NCBI GenBank assembly: GCA_030704615.1
Contig: CM060731.1
Coordinates: forward strand, 32,674,001-32,738,000
DNA from: Takakia lepidozioides
Taxonomy: Eukaryota > Plantae > Bryophyta
Reading direction: 5' to 3'
DNA: 64,000 nt
Positions 27,331 through 38,193 of this stretch are shown one piece after another. The notes below the pieces were generated by a model. The model did not search any database. It was not told the DNA's origin and worked only from the letters and a program-made list of their open reading frames with translations. A program made the translations under genes and the position numbers. Each line of letters begins with the position of its first letter. Position 1 is the stretch's first letter.

Positions 27331-28802
27331 GACGGGCAACATGACGTGAGAGGAGGCATGGAGTCAAACAGTTGGGTGGAAAGGCTATAATGTCTAAGAA
27401 GCAAGTCAATCTGAAAGAAATTGTGTGTCTTTGAATGCAGTCGGCAATACAGACCATTCTATGACTTCCGCAAGGCGATGATCATAATGCAGTCTATTCA
27501 ATAGTAGCAGAGAAGTCCCGGTAGAATCCCTTTGTGCAGAGTTCTGGACACTGGCAGGAAGAAAACTAAAAACAAATTCCACTGGATACTATTGAATAAG
27601 GGGATCCCAAATAGGTTGATGCAGTCTTGGTGATTTTGTTTTGATTGACAAGGAAATTTCAGTCACATGATCACACATGGTCACATCTGATCACTCACTA
27701 CAGGAGCTGGAGAGGTATTCTCATGCACAACAACATCACGTGGTCTTTGAAGCTGCATAGTTTTTCCTGCATACCGAGGAATGTGGTTCAATTGGTTCTT
27801 GCATTGGTCACGAAATGGCTTCCACCACCGCTCTCACTCACAAGGGGGCATTGCAGTTTGCTCCAGTGTTCCTGAGTGATCTCTGACCTCAGCTGGAGAA
27901 CTTGCCTTCTGCGGTAAAGATTATGCCCGTGACATTCAGCAAAACAATTCAATCACAGGTGATCTGGTGGTGATTGACATATAATGCTAGAAAGCACCAC
28001 ATTCATATTAGCAAGTATTGATCATTCGGGCTTGTGGGTGTGTGACTATTCTTTGGTGACAGTGTACTGCTTTCTGACTGTGGTGCAACACACACAGTAG
28101 CAAAGAAAACCATGAAGATCTGCATGATGACCATTCCAGTTGGGAAATAATCATAGAACAACAGAGTTTCATATTCATGACAGGTGTCCTGAACTGTTTC
28201 TAATGTGACCAACATGGCAACCGCCATGTTCTTCTCTCTGCACTCTGACCCAATTAATATTAGAATTGGATAACAAAGCCTACTCATTGTTGATGACAAA
28301 GTAACCATAATAGGATATTTCTGTTTGCTTTTGGGGGGGGCCTATGTGTCACAAATAGGTGTCTATGAGTCCAAACTTTGAAAAATCATATCAATTTCAT
28401 ATTATCTCGCGAAAATTGGGTTACTTCTTTTCGATTTGCTAATCCATGAAAATTGGTTCTATGTTGTGCTGTTCACACTATCCATGGAAACTAGGTAAAC
28501 TGTCCATTTTGGGTTCGTCTACATTAGTGCAAAATTTGAAAATCAGGTGAACAACCTGCTAACAGGTTGGAGTGTCCAAATCACCAGGGTGCTTTAGAAA
28601 ACCAAAAATCTATGGCGTCCCACGCACCACCTGAATTCTTCTCGTTCATAACTGTACTTGCAAAATTGGCAACTTGGCTGGCAGTTAGGTACCCAGTGCA
28701 GCTTACAGTGCGCATACTCACTGTTGTATGCAATAAATTGTTTCACCCTTCCATCATGACTTTTTCAGCCTCACCTATGAAGTGAAACGCATGGTGCTTG
28801 TT

Positions 28803-31433
28803 TCACCAGTAGTCCCCACAAGAACAAACCCCGTCTTGGAAGTGGTGAAAGCGGTTGGCATCTCGTACAACAACTCCTCGCCCAACAATCTTTGATATGA
28901 ACTTGGTGGCAGTGTGGCAGTCACCACACACCCTAAGGTTCTTAATGATGTGGATGGCCATCCCAGGGGGAGTGTTAATCAACCCAAAAGCAATGGCAAG
29001 CTTCTCACTGTGGTGGTGAAGAGAAAATTCCTTATGTTCTTCTCTCACATCATGCAACACAAAACGCGTGTCAGGCATGTAACCCGCTTCCTTCATCCGC
29101 AAAGACAATCTCTGAAGCTCAGCATGGATTTTTTCAGTTTGTGGATGCAATGTGTCTTCAACACCAAATTTATGCACCTGGTTGTCCAACTCAATGCAGC
29201 AGCACCCTGGCTCTTTCCTGACCCCTCTGTCCTGCATCATTCTTCTCACCTTTGCTGCATCATCCCACCTGCCAGCAGCAGCATAGATGTTTGATAGCAG
29301 CACATAAGTGGCAGCATGCTGGGGATCCCACTTGAGAAGGCACTTCGCCGCACGTTCTGCCACCACCACATCGCCATGAATTCTGCATGCACCAAGCAAA
29401 GCCCCCCATGCAGCTCCACCTGGGTCAATCGGCATCTTGTTAATGAGAACCTCTGCCTCATCTAATCGCCCTGCACGGCCAAGAAGGTCCACCATGCAGC
29501 CAAAATGCTCCACAGTAGGAGTGAGGCCATGAGCTTGACTAATTGAATTGAAGTGGTGAAGGCCTTCATCCACCAGGCCCACACGGCTACATGCAGAGAG
29601 AACACATGTAAAGGTGATATCATTTGGCTTTGACCCTTCTTGTTGCATTTGGTCAAATAGTTGCAGGGCCTCCATACCACACCCATGCTGAGCATATCCT
29701 GCAATCATTGCACTCCAGGTGACCACATTTCGTTCACTCATATTGTCAAACACTTTCCGTGCACCCTTTATGTTCCCACACTTTGCATACATAGCGACGA
29801 GGGTATTATCTAAATTTATATATGGTGCAATCCCAGCTTTAATGATGTCAGCATGCAGCTCTTTGCCCTTTTCCAGGTCTGCCAGACTGGCACACGCCTT
29901 GAGAGCACAAACAAAAGAGACCTTGTCAGGCATCACCCCTTCCCGTATCATTTGCCCATACATCATCAAAGCTTCCCTACCAAACCCACGCTGAGCATAT
30001 CCAGCAATGAGGCCGTTCCATGACATTATGTTGGGCTTCAACCCTTCCTCTTGCATTTGTTGAAATAGCTCGAGGGCCTCCTTCCCACACCCATGCTGGG
30101 CATATCCTGCGGTCATCACATTCCATGAGACCAAATTCCGTTCAGCCATATTGTCAAACACTCGACGAGCATCCTTTATGTTCCCACATTTGGCATACAT
30201 GGCAACAAGGGAGGTCTCTAGGATAACATCTGGGGCAATTCCAGCTTTAATGATATCACCATGGATCTCTATGCCCTTTTCCAGGGTTGCCAAGCAGGCA
30301 CACGCATTAAGAATGCAAATGAATGTGACTCTGTCAGGAATCACCCCTCCTTGTATCATTTGCTTGTACATCTCGAAAGCCTCCTTACCATACCCATGCT
30401 GTGCATATCCTGCTAACATTGCATTCCATGACACCACATCTCGCGTAGCCATACTGTCAAAAACTTGAAGTGCATCTTTAATGCTCCCACATTTGGCATA
30501 CATGTCAACAATGGTATTCTCCAGGATGATATCTGGCACAATTCCAGCTTTGATAATGTCAGCATGGACCTGTCTGCCTTTTTCCAGGGCAGCCCAGCTG
30601 GCACATGCATTGAGAACACAAGTGAATGTGACCTCATTGGGAGTCACCCCTTCCCGTATCATTTGCTCATAGGTCTCAAAAGCCTCCTCCCCATACCCAT
30701 GCTGTGCATATCCTGTGATCATTGCACTCCATGAGACCACATTTCGTTGAGGCATATTGTCGAACACTTGACGTGCATCTTTCATGTTCCCGCACTTGGC
30801 ATACATGGCAGCAAGGGCAGTGTTCAGAATGATATCTGGTACAATTTCAGCTTTGATGATCTCAGCATGGACCTCTTTGCCCTTTTCCAGGGCTCCTAGG
30901 CTGGCACACGCCTTGAGGACACAGATGAATGTGACTCTGTTTGGCATCACCCCTTTCTGTATCATTTGCTCATAGATCTCAAAGGCCTCCTTACCACGGC
31001 CATGCTTGGCATATCCTGCCATCATTGTATTCCACGTAAACATATCACGTTCAAGCATATTGTCAAACACTTGGCGTGCATCCACGAGACTCACACACTT
31101 TGTATACATGTTAACAAGGATATTGAGTAGAAAAATGCTTGGCTTAAATCCACTTTGGATCATGTGGGCATGCACCTGTTTACCCTCTACTAGGCATTTC
31201 ATCTTGATGCACTCCTGCAGCAGACAGGCATAAGTATCAAACTTTGCCGAAATGCCTTGTTGGTTCAAAATGTGCAGTGCCCCCTTCAGGTGTCCTGCCT
31301 TACACAGCATCTTCACATCCCCATAAATGCTAGAGGACTCCTTGTTGACTCCCACTTCTGGTCCTTCATGAAAAGTAGTACTCACGAGGGAGGCGAATGA
31401 TTCTGAAAACCATGCCTGATTGAATTGTGCCAT
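28803..31433 (-). CDS. PLS-E-DYW PPR editing factor; ~18 PPR motifs
   Basis: Intronless ORF, KEPGCC PG-box, HHSEKLA, CGDCH, terminal DYW. Confidence 0.95.
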   Translation of the reverse strand: MAQFNQAWFSESFASLVSTTFHEGPEVGVNKESSSIYGDVKMLCKAGHLKGALHILNQQGISAKFDTYACLLQECIKMKCLVEGKQVHAHMIQSGFKPSIFLLNILVNMYTKCVSLVDARQVFDNMLERDMFTWNTMMAGYAKHGRGKEAFEIYEQMIQKGVMPNRVTFICVLKACASLGALEKGKEVHAEIIKAEIVPDIILNTALAAMYAKCGNMKDARQVFDNMPQRNVVSWSAMITGYAQHGYGEEAFETYEQMIREGVTPNEVTFTCVLNACASWAALEKGRQVHADIIKAGIVPDIILENTIVDMYAKCGSIKDALQVFDSMATRDVVSWNAMLAGYAQHGYGKEAFEMYKQMIQGGVIPDRVTFICILNACACLATLEKGIEIHGDIIKAGIAPDVILETSLVAMYAKCGNIKDARRVFDNMAERNLVSWNVMTAGYAQHGCGKEALELFQQMQEEGLKPNIMSWNGLIAGYAQRGFGREALMMYGQMIREGVMPDKVSFVCALKACASLADLEKGKELHADIIKAGIAPYINLDNTLVAMYAKCGNIKGARKVFDNMSERNVVTWSAMIAGYAQHGCGMEALQLFDQMQQEGSKPNDITFTCVLSACSRVGLVDEGLHHFNSISQAHGLTPTVEHFGCMVDLLGRAGRLDEAEVLINKMPIDPGGAAWGALLGACRIHGDVVVAERAAKCLLKWDPQHAATYVLLSNIYAAAGRWDDAAKVRRMMQDRGVRKEPGCCCIELDNQVHKFGVEDTLHPQTEKIHAELQRLSLRMKEAGYMPDTRFVLHDVREEHKEFSLHHHSEKLAIAFGLINTPPGMAIHIIKNLRVCGDCHTATKFISKIVGRGVVVRDANRFHHFQDGVCSCGDYW

Positions 31434-32378
31434 CCTGCATGACTCAAAAGTCTTAGAGACAAACCTTGACAGTAACAACTCAGAACATTCTCAAAGCTCC
31501 TGCATAGTTCAAGAAGAATCCTTCATGAGGAGAGGCTCCTTGGTTCTACGTCACAACATGAACCTCGAACAATTTTTCCAACTCAGACAGCAGCTGCAAG
31601 TGCATTACTGGTCCTTCTATGCAGAGAACCACAGCTGAGAACTGCGTTCACCTTCGCTTAATACAATGGCTTAACACAACGCTGCACTACAATATCTGTA
31701 TAAAACTCCCTCTTTGGAACCTCCTATGAATGTCACCAACGCACGACTTTTCTGCTAAATTTTTCTAAAGGGAGAGAAGCAACAATCCTCTCATTCCAAA
31801 ACATAAGATCCCTTCCCCTAGGATACCCAAAGGATGGCTCACTCTCTAGCTCCATGAAGATTATGATGAGAGTACTTAGCAGACCACCCCATGCAACCAT
31901 GAATGGAAGGTCAAAAGTCTGTGAGGTCTGCATCTGTACAAGAGGGACTGCCACAGGAAGTATCCCCCATCCACCAGGGTTCGCCACAGACACTTGGCTA
32001 ACTGCTTCCAGCTTCTCCAATTGACAACCTACCAGCGCAGGATTCTCATAGTCACCAATCCACGATGTGTGGTTGGTGCTCTTGGGTGTAAAATCTGGGC
32101 CTCTGGGATTGATCTGCACCCACAATCCATTCCTGCCTCCTTCAGCTCTCCGTTCCTACCCAATAAAATTAATGCATCTTCCCTTGCTGCAAGTAGCTGC
32201 AATACATTACCAGACAACCCACCCTACCTGGCAGACACTAGTTCCTTGAGTGAACTGGTTAAAAAGGGTGTGTGTGTGTGTGAAACAACACATGTGAATG
32301 TGGTTGCACTACCACTCTGTTGCAGAGAAAGGACCCACAAGAGAGAGGGAGAGACAGGACACCATCATTAACTTCTGA

Positions 32379-32472
32379 GATGTCGTCTCCCTACTCAGTA
32401 AGTCAGAGCGCATTGTTCCTATCAATGTGGAATTTATGGATATAGCTGGACTTGTTGAAGGAGCAAGCAAGG
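32379..32472 (+). pseudogene. ychF: ~94-bp fragment of a YchF/OLA1 (Obg-family ATPase) gene
   Basis: Translates DVVSLLSKSERIVPINVEFMDIAGLVEGASK, matching the YchF G3 region (VPAxxEFVDIAGLVKGASxG). Confidence 0.8.
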
Positions 32473-32780
32473 TCGGGGTCTATGGCTACAAAGCTCTCTG
32501 TTTCGCCCAAAAGTGGGCTCGGGATCTATGGCCACAAAGCTCCGGCAACGTCTCATGAGTACATTCTCTCTCTCTCTCTCTCTCTCTCACAGACACACAC
32601 ACGTTGCTGGGAAGCTCACACACAGCAGGTTGAAGCTTGTGTGAAGGGCTTTCTAGAGGAAATCTGGAAAGCCCGATCTAATTATATCAAGGTGAGTCCC
32701 TCACACCTGTCGTTCTGCCCAAACTGCGTGCGAGGTCTATGGCTACAAGGCTAGGCAACATCTTACGAGTACATTTTGTC
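32473..32780 (+). mobile_element. Three head-to-tail 3' tails of the LINE family
   Basis: Repeated TCTATGGC(T/C)ACAA(A/G)GCT, two of them followed by GAGTACATT, with (TC)n. Contains [22 protein letters not shown]. Confidence 0.75.
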
Positions 32781-35511
32781 TCTTACGCACACCCTGTTTC
32801 CAGCTTCTTACTGTCACATTGCATATCCGATTGGAGGTTCTGGCAGTTTGTAGATATCCAAGGTGAAGCAGTCTGATGATTTGTACTGTGAGGATGTGTA
32901 TAGGTCTTGCAAGTGGCTGCTACTTGAGAATGATGTAATTGCCACCAACGAATGGAACAAAGATCAAGAAGGGAGCACACCTGGGCAGAAACCACCGCCA
33001 CTGCAGCATTGCGGCTGGCCGCACATGCGATAACCTTCTGGACATGGCGATTACTGGATGAATCTGCAAGGTCTGACTCTGCAACATCAGCTGATAATAT
33101 GACTGGCTTCATGGTAACACCCAAGCACAGCAGCTGCACCACCTTACTCTCCTCTGACAGCGAACCAACTTTGCTGGCTGTCCTGCCGGTAACGCATCAT
33201 TTATTCTCTGGACCCTGAGCCGCAACCTCGATCTCTTCTAACAGAGTCCCAAACCGATGTCAGAACTTGCTGTTTCTATCGAAGAAACAGCAGCAACAAG
33301 ACATCCATACATGCATCTTATGGAAAAGCACAGTGGAATTCAACTCCCATCCTATGTCTAGTGTGTTCCCAGTAGTGGAATATAGTTCAACCAAAAACTG
33401 GTAAGGGCCGGTCAAGTTCTATCATTAGAATTGAATAGCGTCCCAGAAATCATCCAGTTCGAAAAGCTTTCGGCAGGAGACGAGAGTAGAATGTGAAGTG
33501 GGCGATTGGTTGAATGACTCCAGCAAATGTGACAGCCATTTTGAGGAATGAATGTGGTCTCCAGATGATTGGAATTAGCACCATGGAGACTGGAAGAGGG
33601 AGATGGACGCAATCCACCGTTTGTCAGTTTACTTTAGTGCCGTATGTGGAGGTATTGTGTTGGAGAAGTTGTATGGGCTCTCTACAATGCCCAATCATGC
33701 GTGCATTCTGAAGCATTCGCGCTCTATGAGCACTCGCCCAGAGCCTATACATGATCCCACGTACCCTCGTTCGATCTTCACGGAGGAGCATTGGCCGAAT
33801 GGAAAGCTTGCCGAATCCTGGGTAGCTGGGTGGTTGAAACGCACCAAGATCATCCTCAAAGAGAACTACGAGGATGGCAGCGCGAGCTCTTATGCGCTCG
33901 CAGGGAGAGGCCATACCCAAGGCCTTGTTCACCGCTTGTGGTGAGCGGGCGAGAAACCTCACAGTAAACATAGAATGGCTTTGGCGTGAGTTCACGTTTT
34001 GGGACAAGTGCTACAAGGTGAGGTTATCTCTTGTGTTATTCTACAGTTTCGCCCCGAGGATCAAAAGGAGCTGATCTTTTCCTTGAGTTAATTTGGAAAT
34101 TGATGTGTTTTGTAGACTGCACCATGCTTTCAGTTGCTTTGATTAATGGCAGTGAAGATCTACGTTCTGTCACACGTGATATAGTGGTGCTGGTTTGGTT
34201 CAGTCGACTGCTAATTCACATTACAATTGAAGTTGGTTGTGGTGACCTGCTGTTGGAAGCGTGTGTGGTGGAGCTTTGGTGGTTATAGCCTGATCTATAT
34301 GAGGCTGTGGTTAACATTATTGCTGCTCAGCTGCCCACTGGTGATCTTCACAGGACTGTCCAAGATCACCAGACTTCAGACATAAGCATGCAAAGGAGGT
34401 CTTCTGGAATGACAGTTTGTCAAACGCTTGGATGACAGTAGACCTAGCTAGCAGGGCACAAAGCGATGCACAGCAGGATGGTGGGTGTATATCAACGTAC
34501 CAGTGGAATTCTGGTGTACACAGTGGAGCTCCACGGAAATTTCAGGAAGAAAATCCAGAATCTGATGGGATGGCGGGTTATGTTCGAAAGACAGAGTCTG
34601 GTCAAACACTGGCTATGGGTGAATGTGAGTATCACCCACAATCAGCTGGACATAACCACAAGCTCTTCCCGTATCTTCTGCAACATCTGTGATTTTTGGT
34701 ATGTTTTTTGGTCTCTTTGGTGTTTAAGGCAGAGAAACAGCCAGAAGAACTTCTATTTCATTCACAGCTACAACAACTACTGTATAGAGTGCGCATTGTT
34801 AAGCTGGCGAAAAAATTCTTGCATGCAGGTCAATTACTGAACATGGAATGGGTCTGGCAGGACTTCGATCCCTCGCAGTGTTGTGACAGCACATTTGAGA
34901 AGGTGATGCTCTCCTCATTTAGAACGTGAAAGAGTTTGTCAAGGTGGGACTGAAGCTGGCATGATTAAGTTTGGAGTGGACTTTGGCTCCAGTATTCTAG
35001 ATGATGAAGATTTTTCTCTTGGCTGTGAAATAGCAGCAAAGTAAAGTCTCACTTCTACCATGTGTGGGAGGGGTCGTTAGCAGGCCACCAGAGTAGTTTT
35101 GCAAGGTTTGTTCTCAGTATTTGAAAGATGCTTGTAGCTTGGTTGTTTTTCCTCGGTCTGTATGAGGCAGTTGCCTGCAGCTTTACTGCTCAGTTGCACC
35201 CATTTCGCTTTCGCAGATGAGTCCAAGCTCAGTGGACTCCAGACATAAGGACCTTTGGTTTGAGATGAATCCTTCAAACCAAGCTGAAACACGATGTGTT
35301 GATGGTTCTGATGTGAATGTACACCAAAGAGCTCCAAGGTATATGGCTTATGATCACTCAACAGATTGAATTTACGGTGCTTGGTGCAAAATGGACAAGT
35401 AGTTTTTGCTAATAAGTATAAGCCAGTCCACGTGAAGAAACTTTTCATGGAGGTATGGAGACAGAGTTTGGAGTATAGAGTTGTGTAACTAAGAAATTTG
35501 AGGCATGCAGG

Positions 35512-37488
35512 ATGGCAAGGTTGAATCAGGCACAATTACTTATTGGATATCAGATTGGTGGCAGGGTTTGCACCTCCACCATTACTACTGCTTTTGAAAG
35601 TGGACCCAGCGAGGGAGTCAACAAAAAGTCTTCTAGCACTTCTGGGGACGTGTGGACACTTTGGAAGGCAGGACGATTTAAAGAGGCATTGTGCATTCTG
35701 AATCAACACTGTATTCAGGCAGACTCCATTATTTATATCTGTGTCTTGCAGGAGTGCATCAACATGAAGGCCTTAGCAGCTGGAAAGCAGGTGCATGCCC
35801 ACATTATCCAAAGCGGATTCAAGCTAAATATCTCTCTTTCCAACACCCTTGTCAACATGTATGCCAAGTGTGGGAGCGTTGTAGATGCACGCCAAGTGTT
35901 TGATAAAATGCCTGAACGAGATATGGTTACGTGGAATATGATGATTGCAGGATATTCCAAGCATGGCTGCGGTAAGGAAGCTTTCCAAATCTACGAGCAT
36001 ATGCAACGGGAAGGGGTGAAGCCCAACAGGGTTACCTTCACTTGCATTCTCCATGCGTGTGCCAGCCTAGGAGCCTTGAAAAATGGCAAAGAGGTCCATG
36101 CTGACATCATTAAAACTGGAATTGTGCCAGATACCATTCTGGAGACTGCCCTTGCTGATATGTATGCCAAATGTGGGAGCATCAAGGATGCACGGCAAGT
36201 TTTTGACAATATGGCTGAACGAAATGTGGTGTCATGGAGTGCCATGATCGCAGGATATTGCCAGCATGGGTGTGGCAGGGAGGCTTTGGAGATCTATGAG
36301 CAAATGCAACATGAAGGAGTGACACCCAATAGGGTTACATTCATTTCTGTTCTCAACACTTGTGCCAGCTTAGGAGCTCTGCATAAGGGCAAGGAGGTAC
36401 ATGCTGACATCATCAAAGCTGGCACTGTGTCATATATTAGTTTGGAGACTGCCCTTGTTGACATGTATGCCAAATGTGGCAGCATGGAGGACGCGCGCCA
36501 AGTTTTCAATGGTATGGTTCGTCAAGATGTAGTCTCATGGAGTGCAATGATTGCGGGATGTGCCCAGCAGGGGTGTGGCAGGGAGGCTGTGCAACTATTT
36601 GAGAAAATGCAACAACAAGGGTTGAAGCCAAACAGTATCACCTTTATATCTCTTCTCGCAGCGTGTAGCCATGTAGGCCTGGTGGATGAAGGTCGTCACT
36701 ACTTTGATTCCATGAGACGAGATCATGGTCTCACTCCTTCAGTGGAGCATTTTGGCTGCATGGTGGACCTCCTCGGCCGTGCAGGGCGAATCGATGAGGC
36801 AGAGGACTACATTAACAAAATGCCAATCAAACCACATCCTGGAGTGTGGAGGGCCTTGCTTGGTGCCTGCAGACTGCATGGGCATGTGGAGGTAGCGGAG
36901 CGCGCAGCAAAGAGCATCCTCCAGACAGATCCAGAGGACACTGCAGCTTGTGTGCTACTATCAAACATCTATGCTGCGGCTGGCAGGTGGGAGGAAAAAG
37001 CAAAGGTTCGAAAACTGTTGGAGAACAGAGGTATCAGAAAGGAGCCAGGGTGCAGCTACATTGAAATTGAAAACCAGGTGCATTCATTCGTTGCAGCAGA
37101 CACATTACATCCACAAATTCAGGAAATCCATGCTGAGCTGAGGAGGTTGTCTGGCCTGACGAAGGAGGCCGGGTACGAGCCTGACATGTGCTTTGCCTTG
37201 CATAATGTGGAGGAGGAGCAAAAGGAATATTCTCTTTGTCTGCACAGTGAGAAGCTTGCCATTGCTTTTGGGCTCATCAGTACGCCCTCTGGGACACCTA
37301 TTCGTGTGATAAAAAACCTTTGGATGTGTAGTGATTGCCACACTGCCACCAAGTTTATCTCAAGGACTGTTGGGAGAGCGATTGTTGTACGGGATTCCAA
37401 CCGCTTCCATCACTTCCAAGATGGTGTTTGTTCTTGTGGGGATTACTGGTCAACAAGTAGCATGCATGAAAGGAAGTGCCTCAATTGA
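35512..37488 (+). CDS. PLS-E-DYW PPR editing factor; ~12 PPR motifs; DYW followed by a 12-aa extension
   Basis: Intronless ORF, KEPGCS, LHSEKLA, KNLWMCSDCH, GDYWSTSSMHERKCLN*. Confidence 0.93.
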   Translation: MARLNQAQLLIGYQIGGRVCTSTITTAFESGPSEGVNKKSSSTSGDVWTLWKAGRFKEALCILNQHCIQADSIIYICVLQECINMKALAAGKQVHAHIIQSGFKLNISLSNTLVNMYAKCGSVVDARQVFDKMPERDMVTWNMMIAGYSKHGCGKEAFQIYEHMQREGVKPNRVTFTCILHACASLGALKNGKEVHADIIKTGIVPDTILETALADMYAKCGSIKDARQVFDNMAERNVVSWSAMIAGYCQHGCGREALEIYEQMQHEGVTPNRVTFISVLNTCASLGALHKGKEVHADIIKAGTVSYISLETALVDMYAKCGSMEDARQVFNGMVRQDVVSWSAMIAGCAQQGCGREAVQLFEKMQQQGLKPNSITFISLLAACSHVGLVDEGRHYFDSMRRDHGLTPSVEHFGCMVDLLGRAGRIDEAEDYINKMPIKPHPGVWRALLGACRLHGHVEVAERAAKSILQTDPEDTAACVLLSNIYAAAGRWEEKAKVRKLLENRGIRKEPGCSYIEIENQVHSFVAADTLHPQIQEIHAELRRLSGLTKEAGYEPDMCFALHNVEEEQKEYSLCLHSEKLAIAFGLISTPSGTPIRVIKNLWMCSDCHTATKFISRTVGRAIVVRDSNRFHHFQDGVCSCGDYWSTSSMHERKCLN

Positions 37489-38193
37489 AAGGCGAGTGGT
37501 GTTAATTTGTCCTTTGTATATCAGACAGTCAAATTGAAAGATATGGTTTGTGACATTCAAGAAGTACTACTTTCTGTGAGCTTCCCATGGTAACGGTCTC
37601 AATTTCTTTTATGATTACCAGTGTTCTGCATTGGAGGGTTGAAGTTTTGCACAAGGTAACAGCTAAACTGTCATGAGAAACTGGGGAAAACTGGGTACTG
37701 GAATCTTTGGCATCTTGTGTGTCACTGCTGAAAAGTCTCCCCCAGCAAATCATCAGGATCACATACAGAGGAGCTGCTGTCATGATGTAGGAGCCTTCTC
37801 AATCATGTCATGTCATGCCATGTGTGGAATATCAAGTATGTGGTTTTTTAACTTGCAAAACCATGAAATTTGCTATACAGCAAATCTATTTACAAGGCTT
37901 TATACAAACTTGAGGATTGGGCAACCCTCAGTAATTTCGGCAAATTCCTGTCTCTAATCTTTCCTGCAAAGTGCACGGACTACCAGATGAACTTCGGAAA
38001 CTCTCTACGTAACTGAAGCAAGCAGATTACTGTAATTCCTCACAGCAGCTATTTCAACCTCATCTCTATGGACTTTCTACAGCTATTCAAAGGCTTTTCG
38101 ATGTTCTGACATTTAACTACTTCCTACGTATCAGGGCTTGATTTCCTTGACCTTCACAAAAGAAATCTCCAGATAGGCAGTCAAATATCCACC

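Noticed and set aside
25275-37400. Short antisense and alternate-frame ORFs over the PPR genes
   Set aside because: Shadows of the repetitive PPR coding sequence.
25018-37488. U-to-C (DYW:KP) editors, or editors of the NUMT cox1 sites
   Set aside because: All three have PG boxes and lack HAE/GRP signatures. The one pairing checked by hand (PPR2 pattern vs the CCA site) matched only partly, and no convincing match was evident.
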